A stretch of 13,198 nucleotides of DNA from NCBI GenBank assembly GCA_043801585.1, contig JAZDLX010000011.1, forward strand, positions 1 through 13,198. The letters are read 5' to 3'. Below are positions 1 to 7,703 of the stretch, in pieces (the stretch's first letter is position 1; every line of letters starts with the position of its first letter). The translations under genes were made by a program, and so were the position numbers. Source of the stretch: a bacterium. Its GTDB lineage: Bacteria > Electryoneota > Electryoneia > Electryoneales > Electryoneaceae. Under the pieces are notes generated by a model, which worked only from the letters and a program-made list of their open reading frames with translations, had not been told where the DNA came from and did no database searches.

Positions 1-25
1 CGCCCGCTTTGGCATCAGCATGGAT

Positions 26-54
26 ATTTTACGGAAGTTGAACACGGCTCTCAA
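26..54 (-). promoter_or_regulatory. Putative sigma70-type promoter
   Basis: TTGAGA (54..49), a 17-nt spacer, then TAAAAT (31..26). Each hexamer matches consensus at 5 of 6 positions, in a non-coding-looking gap downstream of the operon. Confidence 0.6.
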
Positions 55-106
55 GGATGGGGTTTTCAACGGACAGCTGCCTCTTCCACCGCACTACCCC
101 TTAAGA

Positions 107-120
107 GTCCCGAAAGGGAC
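107..120 (-). terminator. Small perfect hairpin downstream of the operon, possible weak terminator or 3' stability stem
   Basis: GTCCC-TTTC-GGGAC on the minus strand (GAAA loop on plus), 75 nt after the TGA. It is followed only by TCTTAA, so the U-tract is poor. Confidence 0.3.
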
Positions 121-194
121 CGGCTATTATCTTGCAGCCACTGTTGGTTCTTTCGAGCCGAAAACCGATAAGTGAAAAGATAAAATGGCGCTTT

Positions 195-1619
195 TCATTT
201 TTTCTGGGACACCTCTTCACATATCGCCGCGCGGTCCGTCCTGATCTGGATCCACCAGATGATGTAAAAGAGGAGGCTGACAAATCCCAGGAAGCCGATG
301 ATTATGAAGATCAGTCTCCAGACCATCGTCCTGTCCGGTGCCTCGGATTTGAGCCAGTTTGCAGTGATATTTTTTAAGCCTGTCTTGCTTGATTTTTCGG
401 CGACTTTCGCCTGGCTTTCCTTTTTTTCCGCCGGGCTGGATTCTTTTTTAGCCTGGGATTCCATGCCCATGCTTTCTGATGTGGTCTCAGGGGCGACGGA
501 ATTGACGACATTCATTCTTGCCAACGAAGCGACCTGTTCTTTCATCTGGGACATGAGGCTCAAATTCTCTATGTAGGCCTCGAGCTTGCTTTCGATCGGC
601 TGGCCTTCCATCTTGGCTGTGTTTTCGGCGATCTGCCTCGCCAGTTCATCCACCTGCTTCTTCATCAGCACCGCCGATACTTGAAACTGTGTCCCTTCCA
701 GACCCTGGGCAAAACCGGCCGCCTTTACCTCCAGTTTCTGAATCTTTTCGGGTTCCACGCGCCAGAGGTCCTTCAAGATGATCTTGTAGGTCTTGGTTTC
801 ACCCGGCGCAAGCGCCACGGCATCCTTAAATAGATAGAGGATGCCGCGACCGGGATCATTGCGAACCTCAAGACCTTCGGAATTGAGCACGTCCTTTACC
901 TTGACTTCCCTCGGAAGATAATAGCTCACGGGCAACAGCGCCTTTTCTGTTTCCGAAGGATTTTTGACAAGTATTTTGAGAGTGATTGCCTGGATCTTGT
1001 CAGCCGGGAGGCCTTTCCCCGCTATTTCATCTTCTTCCGCTTCGATCATGGCTTTATCCATTGGTATCTTGTCCGACGACAGCTTTTCCAGAAAGCGGAT
1101 GTTCTTCCTGGCCTCGCCCAACGTGCCCAGATTCTCGCGATAGATTTCGATATGTCTCGAAGGGTTCACGAGTTCCTCTTGGCTTGTCAGAATATGGTCC
1201 AGACTGGATTCGACGCTGTCTCCGATCTGTTTCGCCGTCCCCGCGTAACTCGAATTGCTGAGCACCTTGAGAAGCGATGGCAAATAACCCTTCTGGAACT
1301 GGATGTCCTTCTCTGGGATCTTCCAGACATCATTCATGCGGACCTCTATCTTCTTCTCCTCTCCGGGCTTGAGCTGGAGTTCACCCACGACCTTGTAGAG
1401 CTTTTGTTCCGTGTCATACACGACGCTTAAGCCCTCGCTCAATCCGATGACGTCCTTCTTGCCGGCTTCGTGCGGAAGCGGCAGTTCCACCGGGACCTTC
1501 TGCTTCTCACCTTCAGAGGGGTTGACGACCATGGCCCTCAGAATAACGCTCCCTGATGCGGCCGTCCGCGCAACGCCCATGAGTGAAAGGAGAAGAAAAA
1601 CGAACAGGCACCGTTTCAT
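195..1619 (-). CDS. Hypothetical exported, membrane-anchored protein with two tandem 187-aa repeats
   Basis: ATG with a GGAGG RBS. Signal-peptide-like N-terminus (MKRCLFVFLLLSLMGVARTA). Duplicated domain (VVNPSEGEK..LP.E...DV...EGL...L.PGE.K......D.W vs VKNPSETEK..LP.E...DV...EGL...LAPGETK......DLW). C-terminal hydrophobic helix WRLIFIIIGFLGFVSLLFYIIWW. TGA stop. Confidence 0.9.
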   Translation of the reverse strand: MKRCLFVFLLLSLMGVARTAASGSVILRAMVVNPSEGEKQKVPVELPLPHEAGKKDVIGLSEGLSVVYDTEQKLYKVVGELQLKPGEEKKIEVRMNDVWKIPEKDIQFQKGYLPSLLKVLSNSSYAGTAKQIGDSVESSLDHILTSQEELVNPSRHIEIYRENLGTLGEARKNIRFLEKLSSDKIPMDKAMIEAEEDEIAGKGLPADKIQAITLKILVKNPSETEKALLPVSYYLPREVKVKDVLNSEGLEVRNDPGRGILYLFKDAVALAPGETKTYKIILKDLWRVEPEKIQKLEVKAAGFAQGLEGTQFQVSAVLMKKQVDELARQIAENTAKMEGQPIESKLEAYIENLSLMSQMKEQVASLARMNVVNSVAPETTSESMGMESQAKKESSPAEKKESQAKVAEKSSKTGLKNITANWLKSEAPDRTMVWRLIFIIIGFLGFVSLLFYIIWWIQIRTDRAAICEEVSQKK

Positions 1620-1625
1620 TGAAAT

Positions 1626-4600
1626 TTATCCTCCGGTTTCAAACCAGGACTTGATTACCGGCCGCGTTGTTTGCTGCCGTACGAGGACGTTGATGACATC
1701 CAGGAGCGCCTTCACCTGGTTCATATCGTTCTGCAGAGACTGGACCTCCTGCGATTGCGCTGGAGATTCTGGAAGGACAGCCTTTCCATCCTTTCCTCTC
1801 AAGCCGCTCAACTCGGAGATCGTCGATTTGAGTTCTGCCGACAGGCCTTCTCCGCTGCTGTTGGTTTTGGATGCCATCTCCGATATTCGAGCATCGACGG
1901 AACGGAGCTGGGAGAGCACGCTTCCAATCATTTGATCGGCAATCTTCCCGCCAAATTGCCCGGACATGAGGATCGCCCTGATATCCAGGGCCGCGGAAGC
2001 CGCATTCTGGGCGTTAGTATTGGCGTTCAGCGCAAAGCTCGACGCATTCGATGCGTCCGTGCCGATGGTGGTAAGGCCGGCTGTTATTGCAGTCACCGCT
2101 CCATTGAGGGTCGCAAGGCCTGAGACTACGGAATCAAGCTTGCCAGAATCCGCGCCGCCGCCTGCCGTGCCGCCGCCACCTGTTTCGCCGCCGCCGGCTG
2201 TTGTGCCCGTCGTGCCGCCGCCGCCGGCCCCGCCTGCGCCGCCACCAGTGCTCGACTGAAGCCTAGCCACCTTTGTCCCCACATCGGTAAGCATGCTCTT
2301 TAAGGACAGCAGATCCGCATAGACCGACGTGGTCGCGCTCGGGGAACCCAGTTTCTGCACGATCGTGTCTTCTGTGTCCTGAACGGCTGTTTGGAGATCG
2401 CTGGAGGCGCCGGCAACCGTCGCCACCACCGTGGCTTTGCTGGCATCCACGACGTCGCTGATATCCTGGGCCTTGCTATCCAGGGCCTGCGTGACCTGGG
2501 TTGTTCGCGCGAGCAACTCATCCTTCAATTCTCCCGTCTTTGTGGTCATGTGGGTCTTCACGTTTTCTTCGGTCTCCTTCACGGCCGAGGAGATCCCGGT
2601 GGCTGCCGCCTCAACCTGATCGGCCGAGTCCTGCATTGCAGAGATGCTCGCCGTAACTGCGCTTGCGGCAGTCCCAAGGCTTGTAACCTGCGTGCTGATG
2701 TTGCTCGCCGCATTGGTCAGGCTCGCGACCGCCGGGGCCATCTGGCCGGAGATGGTGTTCAACTGCCCGACCGCGGTGTTGATGGCTCCAACGCTTGACT
2801 GGACGGTCGACTTCACTTCGACCGTCTTGTTATAGGCGTTGGTGACCTGGTCGTAGATGGATTGCGCCGATTGGTTTCCCCACTTCTGATGGAGATATTC
2901 GGTCAGTCCGAATAACGTATCGGCGTCAGGGTTATCCCCGGGGTTGCCAAATGCGCCCAGGAGACCATCGAGTTGGGACTTCAGCGTCTCGGCGTCCGTT
3001 GTTCCCCACTTGCTCAAGATCGAATCCACGTTATTGCTGAGGGTCGTCTGAACGAATGTTTCGAGGGAGGCAAGTTTGTTATAAATCGTAACGTCATTTT
3101 CGAGCCTCACGCTGAGCACCATGCTGTCGGTGGTGTTCTTGACCGATTCGGAACAGATGATCGTCCAATCGCCCAGGTTCCATGCCGGATTCGTGAAGAG
3201 GGCATATTCGTAAATTCCACTCCCTCCGACCGGCGTCATCGCCGCCTGATCCACCCTGAGGAGGTTGTTGCCGTCATAGACGTCTATCTTGGGGGCCAGC
3301 TCTGCCGCCGTCCGATACCGGATCATCAGCGTTCGCCCGGTCGTGGCGGCATTCTCTCGATTGAGTATCTGGGCATGGAACTCGGTCTTTATCGACGCGT
3401 CCATCTCGGTCAGTTTGTCCGGTATCGTCGTGGAGGTGTCCTCCAGGATGGCGGTGACGTCCGTCTGGAGATCGCCCAGCAACCCGGGGAGCACGGTCCC
3501 CGTATCCGTCTTGATGCTGTCGACAACACCTTTCACGCCGGCGATATCGTTTTTGAGTTCATCCCTGGCTGCATCGATCTGATCGCCCAGGTTGGAGGCC
3601 CCTCCAGCGAGCGTGCCAGTGCCCAGATTGGTTCCCGACGCCACCAGCATCCGGCTATCCAGCAGATCCATGCCTTCATAGGTCTTGCCGGAATTGGCGG
3701 TGACGACGGTCGCCACGCGATAGGTGGTGGCCGGTAGCATGTTGTTTTCGGCGTCCTTGAAGAGCCAAGTCATGCGGAAAACTCCCGCCGCGGGCGTGTC
3801 GGAAACAAGCGGCATATTGGCCACTGTCACATTGGTGCCGGCATCCGAGATGGTGACCGTCGCGTCTGAAACCGCAGAGGAGAGCTTCCCATCGATGGTA
3901 AGCCATGTGTCAATTTTGAAGTTCTTGTTCAGAGGATCGTATGTAAACTGGCTGCGGGACTGGCCTGTGCCGCTTCCGCTTCCGCCGCCGCCGCCGCCGC
4001 CGCCCGACTGGCCCACCAATGCCCTGGCATCCAGCTGGGTCGGGTTAGTCAGAGTCGTTCCCGAGATCATCGTCACAGAAGTGACCACCTTGTAGGTCTT
4101 GGCAGGCAATGCATTTCCTGCGCCGTCTACAAAGACCCAGCTCTGGCGGACGACGCCTCTTTCATCCGGTCCTTTCGGACAGGCCGCCCTGACCTCCGCT
4201 GAGTGCGGATGATTCGCATGATCTTCAGCGCACGTTGCGGTAAGAGAGGCCACCAAAGTATCGGCCCCGGTGCCCGAATTAAAGTCGTATATGTCGACCT
4301 TTCCTACGGTGACAGACGGGAACGGCTGGCCGTCGCGCTCAAGCCATGAGTCGATGGTGAAGGCATTGGCTTCAGGGTCATAGGAGAACGAACTCTTCGC
4401 CAGGTTCGAGTGGATGATCGTGGATTCCATGAAGACCAGGAACTCCATATCCACATCTGTGCACCAGCTGTCGAACATCGGGTCGAAAGCGGGGTTCGGC
4501 GACCCATCATCGAGCAACTTCGGCTGGCCCTTATCGTCATAACAACGCCCGTTGGAGTTGGAGCTGATGACCTGTGTAAAGTAACCAGGGCGGTCCCATG

Positions 4601-7600
4601 TCATTTTCTGGGAAAGATTGCCGACTCCCATCTGGTTTAAGTAGCTGTTTGGAACGGAGAGTCTGAAGGGCGACTGGGCGCCGGTGTCCGACCATACACC
4701 GACCTTATTGCCGTTAGGATCGGTGAAATTCAAGAGCCCTTCAAGGTTCCCCAGATCGTTTCCTAACTGGAGATCTCTCAAATTCCACCGGACCTTCCAG
4801 TAATCCACGTCGAATGTGGCATCGGAATCGTCGGAAGAGGCAGGATGTCCTCCTCCAACGTTATCGGAAACCACGGCCTTCTCGGCCACCGGAAGCCTCA
4901 TGAATTTCTGGTTTGTAATGTCCGGATCGATCGTCGGGAGATCGGCCACTTCCCAGGGATAACAACCGGTCGCCCCTTGCGGGACCGTGCAGGAAACCGT
5001 CGCCCCATAGGCGGCGGTTATGCTGTTGGCGCCGTCCACCAGGCCCGTGACGATCGTCCCCGCCTTGGCTCCCGCGTACTCCAGCTTGATATTGCCGACC
5101 GTAGAGCGGATGCTGGTCGCCGGGTTGATGGTGGTCCAGGCGATATCCTTGATCTGTCGTGATATCCACCGCTCTCCTCCGTTCGGCGACTTTACTTCAA
5201 AGTATGCCTTGACGTTGAAGGCGGTCTCCCACTTCACGTTGGCGTCGCCAGGATCGCTCACGCGGATCTTGGCCGCAGTGGATATGGCGTCTGGAACGTT
5301 CCACGAGATGCTTCCACCGCCATCCGCCTGTCCATCCCTGTTAGGACTGTTCGCGGCGTCGTCGTCGATCAGGACCGTATCGCTGAAGTCGCCCAGTTGC
5401 GAGAACTCTACTTTGATGGCGGTGAGCTGGCCTGTGGTGTCCCATGAAATCGTTTTCTGGTCGCCTGCCCTCCATGTTTCTTCGGAGGCCGGGCTGGTTA
5501 TCGAGAGCGAACCCTGGATGGCGAATGGGTCGCCCGAATCATCGCTGGACGCCGGATGGCTGGAATCGGTGTCTGTGATCAGAATCTTGGCGTCACCGGA
5601 AGGCGTATCCGGCACCGTCCAGCTATAACAACCGGTGGCGCCCTGCGGGACCTCGCATCCGCCGTTCGAACCGTTGGAGACATTCGCGACGAGGTTCCAG
5701 GTCGGAGTTTCATCCGAGGCGTCCGTGGAGTAATCGATCCTCAAAGTTTCGAGCGTCGAGGCGGTGCTGGTCGCGGGATTGACGGTCGTCCAGCTGATCA
5801 TAGTCGGCGTCAAAATCTGCAACCACTCCCCTCCGTTCGGGGCCTTGACTTCCATATAGGCCTTGATCGTAAACGGGTTGTTGGAAGGATCCACCATGGG
5901 CGGATGGCCGGCGTCGGCATCCGAGACCCTGACCTTCACCGTGTTATCCGTAATCGCGTTCGGCACCGTCCAGAGATAGCAGCCGGTGTCGCCCTGCGGG
6001 ATCGTGCAGGCCCCGGTCGCCCCGGCGTTTGCTGGAGTTGCGATAGTCACGGCATCCGTGAAGTTGCCCAGCTTCGAGTATTCCAGTTTCACATCCGTGA
6101 CGTCTCCAACCGTCTTCCATGAAATGGTCTGCTGCGAACCGACCGCCCAATCCTCTCCGCCATTGGGATCGGTCAATGTCATATCGGAACGGATGTAGAA
6201 TACTGCGTCGGATACGTCTTTTCCATCCGGATCGTTTACATCCATCACTCGAATCTTGGCCGTGGAGGATATATCGTCCGGGATCTCCCACTTGTAGCAG
6301 CCCTGCCCGTCAGGCGCCGTGCAGCCTCCGTTGTCCTCGTTCGATCCATTCACGGCATTGGTGTCGATGTCAGTCCAACTCGTGTCGTTCTTTGTGTAAG
6401 CGAGCTTCACGTACGCAACCGAGCCCGCCCTGTTCCAGGTGATGGTCTGGAGGCTTTCGACCGGCCATGACTCCGCCGAAGGCGTGCCGTTCGGCGCGGT
6501 GACCGTGAATCCGCCGACGATCCTGAAATCATCGTTCGAGAGATCGTTCGCCGCCGACACGCTCGGATCAGATATCCTCACCTTGACATTCTTGGTGGAA
6601 GGAGCAGATATCGCGTTGGGGATCGTCCAGACATAGCAGCCGCCGCCGTTCGGGCGATCGCAGTCTCCGGTCGCCCCCAGGTTGACCACGGTGCCGATGG
6701 TGGTCTTCTGGCTCTCGTCGGCAAAGCCATTGGTGGAGTATTCGAGTTTCACGTTGGTCAGGTTTCCAACCGTCGTCCACGAAATCACCTGTCCGGACCC
6801 CACGGGCCAGATTTCGTTCCCGGTGTTGGGGGTTGCCACCGTGATGACCGCGCGGATCTTGAACTCAACCGACTCGTCTTTTGAAACGGAGTCGTTGGCA
6901 TCCGAGACCCTGATCATGGCTGTTTCCGAGACGCCCGCTTCGGCCACCTGCCAGGCATAACAACCCTCGCCGGCCACGGCGGCACAGTCGCCGTCTGCGC
7001 CGTCGTTCGCGATGGTGTTGGATCCGTTGTTCGCGGACGGATTGATCTCGACCGTCTGCTGTTCATCCGCAAAGCTATTGGTGGAGTACTCGATCTTGAC
7101 GTTGTTGACCGAGCCCCGCTTCTGCCATTGAATTGTCTTTAAGAGGCCGGCTTTCCAAACTTCTGCGCCAGGGCTCGTGACCGTGAACGCGGCCCGGGCC
7201 GTGAATTCGTGATCGGAGACGTCGATGACGTTCGAATCGTTGAGGAGGATGATCTTCACGCCCATCAGGTTGCTGACCGCATCGCTCACGTTCCATGGGT
7301 AACAGCCGCCGCCCTCTGGAGGAGTGCACCCGCTGTTTGCTCCGTTCGTGAGCGCTGTGGCGATCAGGTAAGGATAACTATCAGACCCATTGTTCACCGA
7401 GTACCTTAGTTCAACGTTTCCGCTCATCGCGCCGGTCGTGCCATCCTTGTGCCATGTGATCGCATGCGGGCTCTGGACCTCCCAATCCTCGCGCGTTAGG
7501 GGTCCTGCTCCATCCGGATCTCCGTTGGGCGACAGGATCGTCAGTTTCCCGCGGATGGCGAATGGGTTGGTCGAGACACCGGTCGTGGCTGTGTCGCCCG

Positions 7601-7700
7601 TGAGGATTATCTTTATCTTCACGTTGTTGCTGATGTTGTCCGGGATCTCCCATGTGCACAATCCGTCTGATGCAAGGCGGGCGCCCTCCTCACAGACGAC
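1626..7700 (-). CDS. Giant surface protein, in-frame C-terminal continuation: PNGGE-type Ig-like repeats (Kre9/KNH, 'Ser-Thr-rich GPI-anchored'-like), globular domains and a coiled-coil stalk
   Basis: Same frame as 7701..13198. Directly after the TAG it reads VVCEEGARLASDGLCTWEIPDNIS, which completes the interrupted domain. Eight further domains of the P-N-G-G-E-x-W...I-x-W type follow. The track's TTG start at 7661 has no well-spaced RBS and no signal peptide. Ends in TAA at 1626..1628. The family assignment is from motif recognition, not a search. Confidence 0.85.
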   Translation of the reverse strand, partial: VVCEEGARLASDGLCTWEIPDNISNNVKIKIILTGDTATTGVSTNPFAIRGKLTILSPNGDPDGAGPLTREDWEVQSPHAITWHKDGTTGAMSGNVELRYSVNNGSDSYPYLIATALTNGANSGCTPPEGGGCYPWNVSDAVSNLMGVKIILLNDSNVIDVSDHEFTARAAFTVTSPGAEVWKAGLLKTIQWQKRGSVNNVKIEYSTNSFADEQQTVEINPSANNGSNTIANDGADGDCAAVAGEGCYAWQVAEAGVSETAMIRVSDANDSVSKDESVEFKIRAVITVATPNTGNEIWPVGSGQVISWTTVGNLTNVKLEYSTNGFADESQKTTIGTVVNLGATGDCDRPNGGGCYVWTIPNAISAPSTKNVKVRISDPSVSAANDLSNDDFRIVGGFTVTAPNGTPSAESWPVESLQTITWNRAGSVAYVKLAYTKNDTSWTDIDTNAVNGSNEDNGGCTAPDGQGCYKWEIPDDISSTAKIRVMDVNDPDGKDVSDAVFYIRSDMTLTDPNGGEDWAVGSQQTISWKTVGDVTDVKLEYSKLGNFTDAVTIATPANAGATGACTIPQGDTGCYLWTVPNAITDNTVKVRVSDADAGHPPMVDPSNNPFTIKAYMEVKAPNGGEWLQILTPTMISWTTVNPATSTASTLETLRIDYSTDASDETPTWNLVANVSNGSNGGCEVPQGATGCYSWTVPDTPSGDAKILITDTDSSHPASSDDSGDPFAIQGSLSITSPASEETWRAGDQKTISWDTTGQLTAIKVEFSQLGDFSDTVLIDDDAANSPNRDGQADGGGSISWNVPDAISTAAKIRVSDPGDANVKWETAFNVKAYFEVKSPNGGERWISRQIKDIAWTTINPATSIRSTVGNIKLEYAGAKAGTIVTGLVDGANSITAAYGATVSCTVPQGATGCYPWEVADLPTIDPDITNQKFMRLPVAEKAVVSDNVGGGHPASSDDSDATFDVDYWKVRWNLRDLQLGNDLGNLEGLLNFTDPNGNKVGVWSDTGAQSPFRLSVPNSYLNQMGVGNLSQKMTWDRPGYFTQVISSNSNGRCYDDKGQPKLLDDGSPNPAFDPMFDSWCTDVDMEFLVFMESTIIHSNLAKSSFSYDPEANAFTIDSWLERDGQPFPSVTVGKVDIYDFNSGTGADTLVASLTATCAEDHANHPHSAEVRAACPKGPDERGVVRQSWVFVDGAGNALPAKTYKVVTSVTMISGTTLTNPTQLDARALVGQSGGGGGGGGSGSGTGQSRSQFTYDPLNKNFKIDTWLTIDGKLSSAVSDATVTISDAGTNVTVANMPLVSDTPAAGVFRMTWLFKDAENNMLPATTYRVATVVTANSGKTYEGMDLLDSRMLVASGTNLGTGTLAGGASNLGDQIDAARDELKNDIAGVKGVVDSIKTDTGTVLPGLLGDLQTDVTAILEDTSTTIPDKLTEMDASIKTEFHAQILNRENAATTGRTLMIRYRTAAELAPKIDVYDGNNLLRVDQAAMTPVGGSGIYEYALFTNPAWNLGDWTIICSESVKNTTDSMVLSVRLENDVTIYNKLASLETFVQTTLSNNVDSILSKWGTTDAETLKSQLDGLLGAFGNPGDNPDADTLFGLTEYLHQKWGNQSAQSIYDQVTNAYNKTVEVKSTVQSSVGAINTAVGQLNTISGQMAPAVASLTNAASNISTQVTSLGTAASAVTASISAMQDSADQVEAAATGISSAVKETEENVKTHMTTKTGELKDELLARTTQVTQALDSKAQDISDVVDASKATVVATVAGASSDLQTAVQDTEDTIVQKLGSPSATTSVYADLLSLKSMLTDVGTKVARLQSSTGGGAGGAGGGGTTGTTAGGGETGGGGTAGGGADSGKLDSVVSGLATLNGAVTAITAGLTTIGTDASNASSFALNANTNAQNAASAALDIRAILMSGQFGGKIADQMIGSVLSQLRSVDARISEMASKTNSSGEGLSAELKSTISELSGLRGKDGKAVLPESPAQSQEVQSLQNDMNQVKALLDVINVLVRQQTTRPVIKSWFETGG
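1630..1634 (-). promoter_or_regulatory. Shine-Dalgarno site (GGAGG) for the 474-aa gene, embedded in the last two Gly codons of the giant gene
   Basis: mRNA reads ACC GGA GGA TAA ATTTCA ATG: GGAGG lies 10 nt before the ATG, and the intergenic gap is 6 nt. Confidence 0.8.
3982..4004. repeat. (CCG)7 trinucleotide tract encoding a poly-Gly linker
   Basis: ccgccgccgccgccgccgccgcc; the protein reads QSGGGGGGGGSGSG. Confidence 0.9.
4810..7550 (-). repeat. Eight divergent Ig-like repeats of about 105-130 aa (PNGGE type), seven carrying a C-x(7-8)-C-Y-x-W loop
   Basis: Domain starts: SPNGD, SPGAE, TPNTGNE, APNGT, DPNGGE, APNGGE, SPASEE, SPNGGE. Boundaries are approximate. Confidence 0.85.
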
Positions 7701-7703
7701 CTA
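7701..7703 (-). other. Single in-frame amber (TAG) codon interrupting the giant ORF (nonsense mutation, sequence error or readthrough site)
   Basis: Minus strand reads AAT TAT CCC TAT TAG GTC GTC TGT GAG = N Y P Y * V V C E. The next domain reads GSDSYPYLIA at the homologous position. Confidence 0.92.

Noticed and set aside
60..194. Riboswitch or ncRNA in the downstream gap (several small hairpins, one with a GAAA loop)
   Set aside because: The stems are short and I cannot match them to a known family such as c-di-GMP-I. An Rfam/Infernal scan would settle it.
421..427. T7 homopolymer as a phase-variation tract in the 474-aa gene
   Set aside because: It is short, explained by Glu-Lys-Lys codons, and the frame is intact.
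1626..1634. C-terminal Gly-Gly as a ubiquitin/ThiS-like conjugation motif
   Set aside because: The GGA GGA codons double as the RBS of the next gene, the preceding region looks helical rather than beta-grasp, and no E1-like gene is in the window.
2290..2830. Methyl-accepting chemotaxis or flagellin domain
   Set aside because: Only the Ala/Ser/Thr-rich helical composition is similar. The MCP hairpin signature and flagellin terminal motifs are absent.
7659..7690. AGGAGG after the TAG as an RBS for independent initiation of the 2011-aa ORF
   Set aside because: The in-frame TTG (7661) is 23 nt away. The TTG at a usable spacing (7675) is out of frame and closes after about 18 codons. Glu-Glu-Gly codons explain the motif, and the product would start mid-domain without a signal peptide.
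7661..7703. Programmed frameshift, intron or insertion between the two big ORFs
   Set aside because: Both ORFs are in the same frame and the intervening 13 codons fit the domain alignment. No slippery site or extra DNA is needed.
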